From an uncultured Verrucomicrobiae bacterium (GTDB lineage: Bacteria > Verrucomicrobiota > Verrucomicrobiia > Chthoniobacterales > JAFAMB01): 64,000 nucleotides of DNA. Shown here one piece after another: positions 30,020 to 39,500 of the stretch; positions within the stretch are counted from its first letter, which is position 1; each line of letters starts with the position of its first letter. The notes under the pieces are model-generated. The model made no database searches, was not told the origin of the DNA, and saw nothing but the letters and a program-made list of their open reading frames with translations. Where the stretch lies: NCBI GenBank assembly GCA_963762565.1, contig CAVXLD010000005.1, positions 416,001 to 480,000 of the forward strand, written 5' to 3'. Position numbers and translations under genes: made by a program.

Positions 30020-30223
30020 CGGTTCACGGTTCACCGTTCGCGGTTCGCAGTTGGTAGTTTGCACTTGAAGACGCGAAGCGTTTACTCCCAGTCTTTCGGG
30101 ACAGGAAAGAATTTAGCCTTCGGCTGAGACTTTCACCCGCTTCACGGCAAAAATCCCTAATGCGAGGATCTACGGCAAACTGCAAACTGCAAACCGCCAA
30201 CTGTGAACCGCGAACGGTGAACC
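30020..30223. repeat. Long inverted repeat built from heptamers around a ~110-bp spacer
   Basis: Left CGGTTCA-CGGTTCA-CCGTTCG-CGGTTCG-CAGTTGG-TAGTTTG pairs with right TGCAAACCGCCAACTGTGAACCGCGAACGGTGAACC. Confidence 0.8.
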
Positions 30224-30235
30224 CGTGCCCTTTCA

Positions 30236-30256
30236 CCTGTACCAAAGGACAGTAGA
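30236..30256 (+). promoter_or_regulatory. 21-bp motif copy 2, CCTGTACCAAAGGACAGTAGA
   Basis: 30 nt upstream of the single-domain regulator. Confidence 0.7.
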
Positions 30257-30286
30257 ACTCCAAGCGCCTCTAAATTAATCACCACA

Positions 30287-30679
30287 GTGGCCCCAAACGC
30301 AAATGCAAGCGAATCAACGCTCGTTATTGTTGTGGATGATGACGCTTCGGTCGCTAACTCGACCTGCAGACTCATACGCTCATTGGGCATGCGAGCCGAG
30401 GCATTTTTCTCCGGAGCAGATTTACTGAATTCGGGACGCGCAACCGAGGCCTCCTGTGTGATTCTGGATGTACGCATGCCGAATCTGGATGGCTTGCAGC
30501 TACAGCGGCGTCTTAAGGAAATTAGGTCGAGTATTCCCGTAATCTTCTTCAGCGCTCACGCGGGCAAGGAAGAGGAAGACCAGGCGCTGCGCTCCGGTGC
30601 GGTGGCTTTTCTGCGCAAGCCCGTGCATAGGGATGACTTGCTGCGCGTAATTCATATGGCCCTCGAACGAACGAGTTAG
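30287..30679 (+). CDS. Single-domain response regulator
   Basis: VVDDD, LDVRMP, FLRKP; paralogous to the REC domain of the 28478 gene. Confidence 0.9.
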   Translation: MAPNANASESTLVIVVDDDASVANSTCRLIRSLGMRAEAFFSGADLLNSGRATEASCVILDVRMPNLDGLQLQRRLKEIRSSIPVIFFSAHAGKEEEDQALRSGAVAFLRKPVHRDDLLRVIHMALERTS

Positions 30680-30793
30680 CCTGCATTTCTCACAGATCTG
30701 AGCGGCTAGGAAAGAGCGCCAGTGTGCTTGTGAGAAATGCGGGCTGAGCCGCAATCAGCGGCTGGCCTCGTCCAAGAGCGTGAGATTTGTGGG
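30680..30793. mobile_element. MITE-like element, copy 2, with TTAG direct flanks
   Basis: ttag|CCTGCATTTCTCAC...GTGAGATTTGTGGG|ttag, plus an extra internal end TGTGAGAAATGCGGG. Confidence 0.7.
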
Positions 30794-31003
30794 TTAGGTA
30801 AATGGGTCAAGACATGACTGAGTCCGATTGGGTCGTTGCGAGGACCAGAAAACTATTCACAACGAGATCCCGAAGGCCACAAAGACTGATTTTGAACGGT
30901 CCGACTTTGTGGCCTTTGTAATCCTGGTGTTAACATTTCTGGCTCTTTGCGCCTTTTCCGCGAGTTGCGAATGTTGAGCCGCTGGCAGTGAAACCCGGCG
31001 CTC

Positions 31004-31024
31004 CCTGTACTAATAGACAGTAGA
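31004..31024 (+). promoter_or_regulatory. 21-bp motif copy 3, CCTGTACTAATAGACAGTAGA
   Basis: Upstream of small ORF 31096 and the NarL-type regulator. Confidence 0.65.
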
Positions 31025-31273
31025 ATTGCCGTATCCAACGATGTTAGTTCATTGTCGCCCACTAAAACCTAACAATCGAAAAGAGACACAAAAATATGGA
31101 CCTCAATGCCTACGTCTTGGCCATGGCTATAATCGCCACACCTAGACACCAGAGAAACCAGCAAATAGTTCCTGAGTCGGAGTTCACTCCGTTCGATCTC
31201 CGTTACCTCAGGGAACTGCCCGTGAACAGTAGCCAACCGGGACACATTAGTCGACAAGGAAAGGCACAGAACA

Positions 31274-31981
31274 ATGTATCTGAAGCCCTACTGGCCTGAA
31301 GCGCCAGGCATTTTATCGGCGGTTGGAGAAGTGCGAGAGAGCGGCGCGTCCCACGAATCGCTGATCACTGTGGTTATTGCCGATGACCATCCCGTAATCC
31401 TAGAAGGATTAGTAAAGATCCTAAACTCGCAAAAAGACATAAGGGTCGTGGCTAGTGCCACCGATGGCGAGGGAGTAAGCAAGCTCTACTATCAGTTTCT
31501 TCCGGACGTGCTCATACTCGATCTTCGCCTGCCAAAGAAGGATGGGCCGCAGGTGCTTAACGAGCTAGTGACGTGTGGCAAATCCAAACCGCAGGTGATC
31601 ATAATGACAACTTTCGATTGTGAAGAAACTATTTTCAAGACCGTCCGTGCAGGCGCCAGGGGTTACTTGGTCAAAGTTGCAGACCCTCAAGAAATTCGGG
31701 AAGCAGTGCGTTGCGTCGCGAAAGGGGAAACCTTCTTTCCTTCAGAGGTTGGGTTGAGACTAGCTAAATCGGTCGCCTCCCCTAGACTGTCGAAGCGAGA
31801 AATGGAGGTTCTTGGGTGTGTAGCTAGTGGTAAAGGCAATAGAGAGATCGGGCGCAGTCTCGACGTCAGTGAAGGGACTATAAAGTTTCATGTGAAGTCA
31901 ATCCTTCGAAAGCTGGATGCAGTCGGCCGTGCTGAAGCGATTGCCATTGCTGCCAAACGCGGGATCATCCAATTAGCTTAA
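31274..31981 (+). CDS. NarL/LuxR-family response regulator
   Basis: IADDHP, LDLRLP, LSKREMEVL..NREIG; start uncertain. Confidence 0.92.
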   Translation: MYLKPYWPEAPGILSAVGEVRESGASHESLITVVIADDHPVILEGLVKILNSQKDIRVVASATDGEGVSKLYYQFLPDVLILDLRLPKKDGPQVLNELVTCGKSKPQVIIMTTFDCEETIFKTVRAGARGYLVKVADPQEIREAVRCVAKGETFFPSEVGLRLAKSVASPRLSKREMEVLGCVASGKGNREIGRSLDVSEGTIKFHVKSILRKLDAVGRAEAIAIAAKRGIIQLA

Positions 31982-32199
31982 TCGCCGTGACTAACGCGCC
32001 AGTGACAGTGGGGAGGAGTAATCATCAATGATCATTTGCAAAGATAAACTTAACGCCTATTACCCCAGGCCGGACAAAGGTTGTGGTTTGATCTGCGGAA
32101 GCAGGAGAATCAGATATTATCGGGGCTTCCTTCTGGTTAGGCCAAAACAGCCCTTATTATTAAGATTCCGTCCAGCAGACAGCAAATAGCGGATGGACT

Positions 32200-32856
32200 A
32201 TGAAATCGTCTTCGGAATCCTCAACCGCTCCCATATCTGTGGTGATCGCAGATGATCATCCAGTCGTGCGACAAGGCTTAGCGGCTATGTTCAAGTCTCA
32301 GAGTGATATAAAAGTAGTTGCTGAGGCCGCGAACGGTGAAGAGGCCTTGGAGATCTGTAATCGACACTTTCCGGATGTGCTTTTGCTCGATCTCCGAATG
32401 CCCAGGAAGGATGGATTGCAAGTCATGGCAGAATTAGCAGCGCGTGCTGCTATCCGGCCCAGGGTTATAGTAATGACTACGTACGATTGTGAAGACGATA
32501 TCCGTCGCTCTGTGAAATCAGGCGCTAAGGGTTACGTGGTCAAAGACGCCACGCCCCAGCAAATCAGAGAATCAGTTCGGAGAGTAGCCGCAGGCGGATC
32601 CGTTCTCTCGACGAACCTCGTTGCAAAACTCGCAGAATCTATCGCGCGTCCGCAGCTCTCCAAGCGCGAACGGCAGGTGCTGAAGTACTTGGCCAATGGA
32701 CGCAGCAATAAGGAGATTGCACAGATTCTTTACATCAGCGAACATACGGCAAAGGCTCACGTTAAGTCTATCATGACGAAGCTAAATGCGGCCAGCCGTA
32801 CGGAGGTCATTGCGATTGCGACTAAGTACGGGCTTATAAAAGCTGTGTCGGGTTAG
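32200..32856 (+). CDS. NarL/LuxR-family response regulator
   Basis: IADDHP, LDLRMP, LSKRERQVL..SNKEIA. Confidence 0.94.
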   Translation: MKSSSESSTAPISVVIADDHPVVRQGLAAMFKSQSDIKVVAEAANGEEALEICNRHFPDVLLLDLRMPRKDGLQVMAELAARAAIRPRVIVMTTYDCEDDIRRSVKSGAKGYVVKDATPQQIRESVRRVAAGGSVLSTNLVAKLAESIARPQLSKRERQVLKYLANGRSNKEIAQILYISEHTAKAHVKSIMTKLNAASRTEVIAIATKYGLIKAVSG

Positions 32857-33529
32857 CGGTCAAACCGTTCGTGGTTTCTAGTTCGGAGTACGGCGAGCGG
32901 AATCTGGAGCGGAAGTTTCCAAGCTGAATTTAGTGCGGAAGAGGGAGGCGGGCTCCGGAGCGTTAAGAGGGTGGAACATGGGGACGGGAGTGCTCTCTTT
33001 CCGCCTCGACACTGATTCCGGCGAAATGCGGTTCAGTTCGGAACCTCGGGAACGCGGCATAGTCGGGGAGAACTGGCAAGAACGGGCGGAAATGGTTGCA
33101 GCAGCCGGAGCGCCCTTGCCCCGAAGGAAATCCATTCCCGCCAGGCAGCAGGTTACGTAATTCCTAGGTAGCGATTGCTGCCTGCTGGCTATTGACTGCA
33201 AAAGCGAAATGATAGGCGGCGGAGCTTCCCATTATCAGCCCAAACGCTTTAGGAGCGTCCAGAGTCAGCAAACGGTCTTGGCCAGCGCTGGGGCAATCTA
33301 CGATGTACGGTTGCCGGAATGCTGCGCGTTGCCAGAATCGGATATCCGTTTTTGGAAAGTGGCTAAGATTTCTTATTTCTTAGCCACTTTTAAGGTTCAT
33401 CCCTGGATAGATTTGACCTTTCATGAGCCGGCGCCTCAAGGGATAGATTGCCCAGGAAAGCTTGTCCAGGAGCCACTTTACGGCTCATAACAGTTCAAAG
33501 CGGATCATAGAAACCGTCGGAACCCGTAC

Positions 33530-33573
33530 ACTCTTAATCACTGGGTTGTAGGTTCGATTCCTACACGGTGCAC
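33530..33573 (+). other. 3' half of tRNA-Lys(CTT); probable att site
   Basis: Anticodon loop CTCTTAA, T-arm GTAGGTTCGATTCCTAC, 3' acceptor strand ACGGTGC; no D-arm or 5' stem upstream. Confidence 0.8.
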
Positions 33574-33825
33574 ATTTTATTGCGAACGACTTGCTATCCC
33601 AATCCTTTTGACCGAAAGAAATTCTGTTTTCATTATCCAATGTTGAAATGCGTCCCTCGAAGGGCGAGATCGCGAAGCAATACGGCGCAACCAAGCCGGC
33701 GTGCTCCGTCCGTTGACTTCCTTGAGCCGGTAGTGGCCCTTTGGATCTCGGATCGCCACCATGGCGCCTAGGTTTTAGTAAAACAGACGCAAAGCGGAAC
33801 AGGACTTCTAGCCCTCTGGAATTGA

Positions 33826-35385
33826 TTGCCTCTACGAGGTCGGTTTTGCTACGCTGTTCGCCCGGTGAAGTTCCTAGCGATTCTCCTCATCGCCCTCCTG
33901 TTACCTTCTCCTGGGTCCCGGGCTCAGGACTTCCGCGATTCCGCCGGCCGCCTCCAGAGCAGCATAAAGCCGGCATGGCCAATCAAGGTCGCAGGTGGAG
34001 GCAGGTACCTGACCGATGCTAAGAGCAATCCGTTTTTCCTCTGGAGCGATACAACTTGGGGCGTATTCCAGGCAGTGCCGCTCACTGGATCAAGCTCTGC
34101 TACGACCTATTATGCAGATAGGGCAGCGAGAGGATTTAACTGCGTCTATTGTACGCTCCTTTATAATCAGTATGTGGCAAATTTTGGTACTTACGACGGG
34201 ATAGCGCCCTTCACTAAAGGATCGGCAACAGGAGGCGGCACCGATAACAACTACAACATTGCCTACCCCAATCCGGCCTATTTTCAGCGAATCGTAGCGA
34301 TGGTCAATCTCGCAGCTCAGTACGGGCTTACCGTGATTCTAAACGTTTATGATAATCCGGGCTGGGAAACCAACTTTGTAAATTCCGGAACCAGCAAGCT
34401 GCAAGCTTTGGGAGCTTATATCGGTACCCAATTTGCCAGCTGTCCGAACGTTATTTATAACTACGGCGAGGACTACCAGGACTGGCAAAATAACTCAGCC
34501 TCTGACGCAGCCCTTGCCGCGCTCGAGGCAGGAATCAAGTCGACTGATAGGTTACACATCCATCTAGGCTGCGAGCTGAACTACATTAACTCGAGTACGT
34601 TTGATGATTCGAATTTGATGGGCTTGGACGGTAATTGCATTTATTCCTATTATCCGCTCTACATCGAGGACTACCATGGCTATGCGCAGTCGACAAAGCC
34701 GATGTTCATGATCGAGTCCAACTATGAGGGCGAGTGCTACAGCAACAATACCGGTTACTACTTCGTCGATGACGGAGGACCCTACCCAAGCGGCAGATTC
34801 GACACTGCTGGCTCCTCAGTCGTGCGGCATCAGATCTTTTGGGGATTAACCAGCGGACTAGCCGGATTCAATTATGGCCAATGGTGGATTGCTGACAACA
34901 TGTCCAAGTCGACAGCGTGGGCTAGTAAACTCAACACTTCAGCTGGCAATTCGGGATGCAAGCTGGTCAAGCTTCTGCAGGGCCAGAACTGGTGGATGCT
35001 TTCACCAGACACTTCGCATAGGTTCGTTACCAGTGGCTACGGTAGGCAACGCGCCTATCCTGGCATCGTAGTTGGTGATCTGCCGGCACCCAACAACGCC
35101 TATAAAACGGTCCCGACCGACACCTTCTGCACGGCCGAGGTGGCGAGCGATGGATCCTTCGGAATCGTTTACCTTCCGCAGACTTCGACTGTGACCGTGA
35201 ACATGACAGCGCTCTCCGGCTTGGTCACAGCCCTGTGGATGGATCCGGTCTCAGGAGCGATGACGACGGTCACCGGCAGTCCTTTTGCTGACTCCGGCAG
35301 TCAGAAGTTTACCTCGCCGGGAACTAATAGCGATGGAATCTCCACCGACTGGGCGCTCGTGCTGACGGCAGCACGCAAGCGGTAG
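33826..35385 (+). CDS. Secreted DUF4038 (apiosidase/GH140-like) protein with C-terminal collagen-binding-like domain
   Basis: GRYLTDAKSNPFFLWSDTTW, PNPAYF, KPMFMIESNYEGE, ALWMDPVSG..DWALVL; start may be GTG 33865. Confidence 0.8.
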   Translation: MPLRGRFCYAVRPVKFLAILLIALLLPSPGSRAQDFRDSAGRLQSSIKPAWPIKVAGGGRYLTDAKSNPFFLWSDTTWGVFQAVPLTGSSSATTYYADRAARGFNCVYCTLLYNQYVANFGTYDGIAPFTKGSATGGGTDNNYNIAYPNPAYFQRIVAMVNLAAQYGLTVILNVYDNPGWETNFVNSGTSKLQALGAYIGTQFASCPNVIYNYGEDYQDWQNNSASDAALAALEAGIKSTDRLHIHLGCELNYINSSTFDDSNLMGLDGNCIYSYYPLYIEDYHGYAQSTKPMFMIESNYEGECYSNNTGYYFVDDGGPYPSGRFDTAGSSVVRHQIFWGLTSGLAGFNYGQWWIADNMSKSTAWASKLNTSAGNSGCKLVKLLQGQNWWMLSPDTSHRFVTSGYGRQRAYPGIVVGDLPAPNNAYKTVPTDTFCTAEVASDGSFGIVYLPQTSTVTVNMTALSGLVTALWMDPVSGAMTTVTGSPFADSGSQKFTSPGTNSDGISTDWALVLTAARKR

Positions 35386-35424
35386 AATCCGGTTCGAGGC
35401 GGGTCCATAGACCAAAAACCACGA

Positions 35425-36174
35425 ATGCCCCGCCCGCTTCGATACTCGCTGGACATTTTCCGCGGCGAGGTGCGCTTAAAGGCGATTCTGGTTTTTGCTT
35501 TCGAACAGCCCGTTCAACGTATGGATGAACTAGCGAGCGATTTACTGGGACCAAGTGAGGCGGCATATTTTTCGACTCTAAGTTCTGCGCGACGGCAGAA
35601 CAGCTATCTGCTCGGGCGCTACGCTGCGAAGCTCGCCCTCAAAGACGCTCTCTCGGAACCCGACCTTAGGTCTATTGAGATCGTAAGAGGGGTTTTTGAG
35701 CAGCCGATTGTGCAATACCGGCGGACCGGAGGATGGGGCGTGACAATTAGTCATACGGACTCATTAGCGGTCGGCCTCGCCTATCCAGCCGGGCATCCAA
35801 TGGGTGTCGATGTCGAGCGAATTGACCGAGCGGGCCAGGAAGCGATCCTTTCCCAGCTATCTCCACAAGAAATTGACTGGATCGATAGTTCTGCAGACGA
35901 TAGGGATACGGTAGCGACCGCTCTCTGGGCGGCCAAGGAGGCCTTATCCAAAGTTCTTACCACTGGCCTCATGAGCCCGGTGAGAATCTACAATTTGAGC
36001 GAATTCTCTCAAATTGATTCGGGGATGTGGGAAGGTCTGTTCGAGAATTTTGCCCAGTACAAGGTGCGGGTTTGGGTCGGCTCGTCCTATGCGTTGTCGA
36101 TTGCCATGCCTAAAAAATCCATGATTGGTCACTGTAGTTATTTCTGCGCCGCCCTTTGCTCGCAGTGTGGCTAG
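35425..36174 (+). CDS. 4'-phosphopantetheinyl transferase (Sfp-like)
   Basis: SYLLGRYAAK, VTISHT, MGVDVE, WAAKEALSK. Confidence 0.92.
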   Translation: MPRPLRYSLDIFRGEVRLKAILVFAFEQPVQRMDELASDLLGPSEAAYFSTLSSARRQNSYLLGRYAAKLALKDALSEPDLRSIEIVRGVFEQPIVQYRRTGGWGVTISHTDSLAVGLAYPAGHPMGVDVERIDRAGQEAILSQLSPQEIDWIDSSADDRDTVATALWAAKEALSKVLTTGLMSPVRIYNLSEFSQIDSGMWEGLFENFAQYKVRVWVGSSYALSIAMPKKSMIGHCSYFCAALCSQCG

Positions 36175-36520
36175 CGAAAAAGCTTTTCTCCAAAAGAGGC
36201 ATTTTTCGCCGCCTATCAGTGGTATTAACCGTTCGTCACGGATTCGTTCACAACGAAAGTCAGCCCCTCACTGACCTGATCGACAAAAATCAAAAATCGA
36301 TTTTCTAGAGTTTACCATAACAGCCAGCAATCTTAAATGATCCTTCTGAGCAAAAGAGATTGATTGGTCTCAATTATTTCCGAGATACTCCCGGCGGTGA
36401 GAACGATGCTGTAATCACGTTTGTGACTCGTTCTCCTAGCGCCAGGCTCCTTTAGTACCACAGCTTTTGGCGTCCTTTAAAAGCACCGTGGGTTTTGCTA
36501 ATTCTCTAAGAGGTGCCACC

Positions 36521-36532
36521 GGCGGTAGCTTG
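36521..36532 (+). promoter_or_regulatory. ops-like antitermination element GGCGGTAGCTTG
   Basis: Exact match to the ops consensus GGCGGTAGnnTG, 29 nt upstream of the PKS start. Confidence 0.6.
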
Positions 36533-36561
36533 CCCTGATTCGGTTGTTAGCAACGACTCAG

Positions 36562-39500
36562 ATGTCGGACTCTGATAATATCGCCATCCGTCAGCCGGAT
36601 CGGAAGGCGCTTTTGCAACGAGCATTGCAGACCATCGACTCGCTCCAAGCCCGCCTCGACGCGGTCGAGCGTGAACGCAATCAGCCGATTGCGATCGTCG
36701 GTCTTGGATGCCGTTTTCCAGCTTCAAACGATCCGCAAAGCTTTTGGCGCCTCTTGCGAGATCGGGGCGATGCCGTAAAAAGGGTGCCCGATGACCGTTG
36801 GGACGTGGAGGCATACTATGATCCAGATCCATCGGCACCCGGAAAAATGCACGCTCCCTATGGTGGCTTTCTGGATGGAGTCGATCTATTTGACGCCGCC
36901 TTTTTTGGAATTTCCCGTCGAGAAGCAGAAGCTATGGATCCACAGCAGAGGCTTCTGCTGGAGGTTGTGTGGGAAACTTTAGAAAATGCGGGAATCGCTG
37001 CCAATCGTCTGCGCGGATCTTCGACTGGAGTCTTTGTTGGAATTACCGTCTCTGACTATGCTCGATTGGCTGCTGCAGACCGGTCAATTGCGTTCGATGC
37101 TTACACCGCCACCGGGGGTGCGCTTAATGTGGCAGCCGGCCGTATCTCTTTTTTATTGGGTTTGAACGGCCCGGCCGTAGCGGTCGACACCGCCTGTTCC
37201 TCCTCTCTAGTTGCGGTGCATTTGGCTTGCCAGAGCCTACGCACACGCGAATCCGATTTGGCTTTGGCCGGGGGAGTCAACCTGCTTCTCGTACCGGACA
37301 GCTTCGTCTGTTTGACGAAATGGGGAATGCTGGCCGCAGACGGTCGGTGTAAGACATTCGACGAACGGGCTGACGGTTTTGTGAGGGGGGAAGGGTGCGG
37401 AATTGTCGCCCTCAAACGTCTGCACGATGCCATAGAGTCAGGCGATCGGATTCTTGCTGTGATCAGGGGAACGGCGGTGAATCAGGATGGTGCCAGCAGT
37501 GGGTTGACAGTACCGAACGGTCTAGCACAACAGGCGGTGGTCCGATCGGCCTTAAAGGTTGCTGGAGTCTCTCCAGAAGAGGTAGACTACGTTGAGGCTC
37601 ACGGCACTGGCACTCCGCTCGGGGACCCGATTGAGCTCGAGGCCTTGGCTAGTGTCTTGGGCAAAGATCGTTCGCCCGATCACCCATTGCGCGTGGGCTC
37701 GGTAAAACCTAACATTGGGCACTTAGAATCCGCAGCAGGCATTGCCGGACTCATTAAAGTTGTACTATCGCTGCAGCGCGAGTGGATCCCGGGACAACTT
37801 CACTATAGAAAGCTCAACCCCCGCATCTCTCTCGGCACCGTGCCGATTGAAATTCCGGTCACTCCAGTAAGGTGGCCGCGGTGCGAGCGTCCGCGCATAG
37901 CCGGCATAAGTTCTTTTGGATTTAGCGGCACTAACGCGCACGCAATTTTGCAGGAGGCTCCGTTACCCAATGCGGGAGGGCCGAGAACTCGCCCGAATCA
38001 GGGGGAAGTTAGCGGTAACGGTTATTCTGTGGCTTTAGCCAATCCGGCGGTGCCCGTAAACCGCGATCGGACAGCTCACCTATTGGTGCTGTCTGCCGAG
38101 TCTGAGCTCGCGTTACGCGAACTATCGCAAGCATACGCCGAGTATCTGAAAAAGGAATCGGACGAATCCCTGGCGGACATTTGCCACACGGCTGCCATTG
38201 GCCGCGCACCCCTATCTTATCGGTTGGCTTTTCCTGCTACAGATGTCGCAACGACACGCGAACAGCTCATCTGTTTCGCGCAAAGCAGACCCAAATTCGG
38301 TATTAATACAGGCCGGGTACGGTCGAAGCCCAAAGTCGCCTTTCTATTTAGCGGCCACGCAACGATGACGCCGGGGAGGGGAAGGACTCTTTATGAAAGC
38401 GAACCTGTGTTTCGCAACGCAGTTGACCGTTGCGCCAATGGGTTAAGCAGATACCACGATATTCCGTTGCCGGAAATTCTCGGGTACACCGGTGGAAACA
38501 CCAGTAGTGCCGGTTTTCTCGATGAAATCGTCTACGCTGAGCCGGCTCTTTTTGCGTTCGAATATGCGATGTCGTGCCTCTGGCGTTCGTGGGGAATCGA
38601 GCCGTGCGCAATCGTGGGACACGGCCTGGGTGAATACGTCGGCGCATGTTTGGCTGGAATCGTCAGCCTGGAAAACGCACTGGGACTGGTTGCTGTCCGA
38701 TCGCGCCTGACACAGGTGTTGCCAGAGAAGGGCGCTATGGCAGCCGTTTTCGCTAGTAAAGATCTCGTAGGCGCAAAGATCGCCGATTACTCAAATTCGG
38801 TATCCATCGCTGCGATCAATTCGCCACGGAACACGGTCATTTCCGGAGCAGCAGGTCACATCCAGGCTCTGCTGGAGCAGTTCCGCCGGGAAGGCATTCA
38901 TGCAGAGTCACTAACGGTTTCGCATGCTCTCCATTCGCCATTGATCGAACCGATGCTGGATGAGTTCGATCAATTTGCCAGAACCATTCCGCATCAGCCT
39001 CCTGTCATTGATCTGACATTGAACGTGACCGGCCAGCTGGCAAATGGAACAGTGCCGCTTGACGGCCTTTACTGGCGCCAGCATACACGCGAACCGGTCC
39101 GATTCGCGGAATCGATCGAAACCCTTCACAAGCATGGGATACGGATTTTCCTGGAGCTTGGACCTTCGCCAACGTTAACACCATTGGCCCGACAATCGGT
39201 TGAGGGTACCGGAACGACTTGGCTGGCGTCTCAGAGCAATGACCAAGAAGACTGGCGTCAAATATTATCTAGTCTCGGGACTCTCTTCGCGCTTGGAGCG
39301 ACCCCCGATTGGTGCGCGTTCGACCGGCACTATCGACGTAGTCGTCTTTCGCTGCCGACTTACCCATTCCAACGCGAGAGACATTGGCTCCCGGTTGCCG
39401 CTGCGGATTCCGGGCAAGCGGGTCTACGATCCCTCAACGATGCCGAACAACGGGATGAGCGGGAATCAGTGGAAAATTGGTTCTACGAGACTCAATGGGT

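Noticed and set aside
32878..33490. Integrase remnant next to the att-like site
   Set aside because: No tyrosine or serine recombinase motifs recognisable in the translated ORFs
33495..33575. Intact tRNA-Lys gene
   Set aside because: 5' acceptor strand, D-arm and 5' anticodon stem are absent
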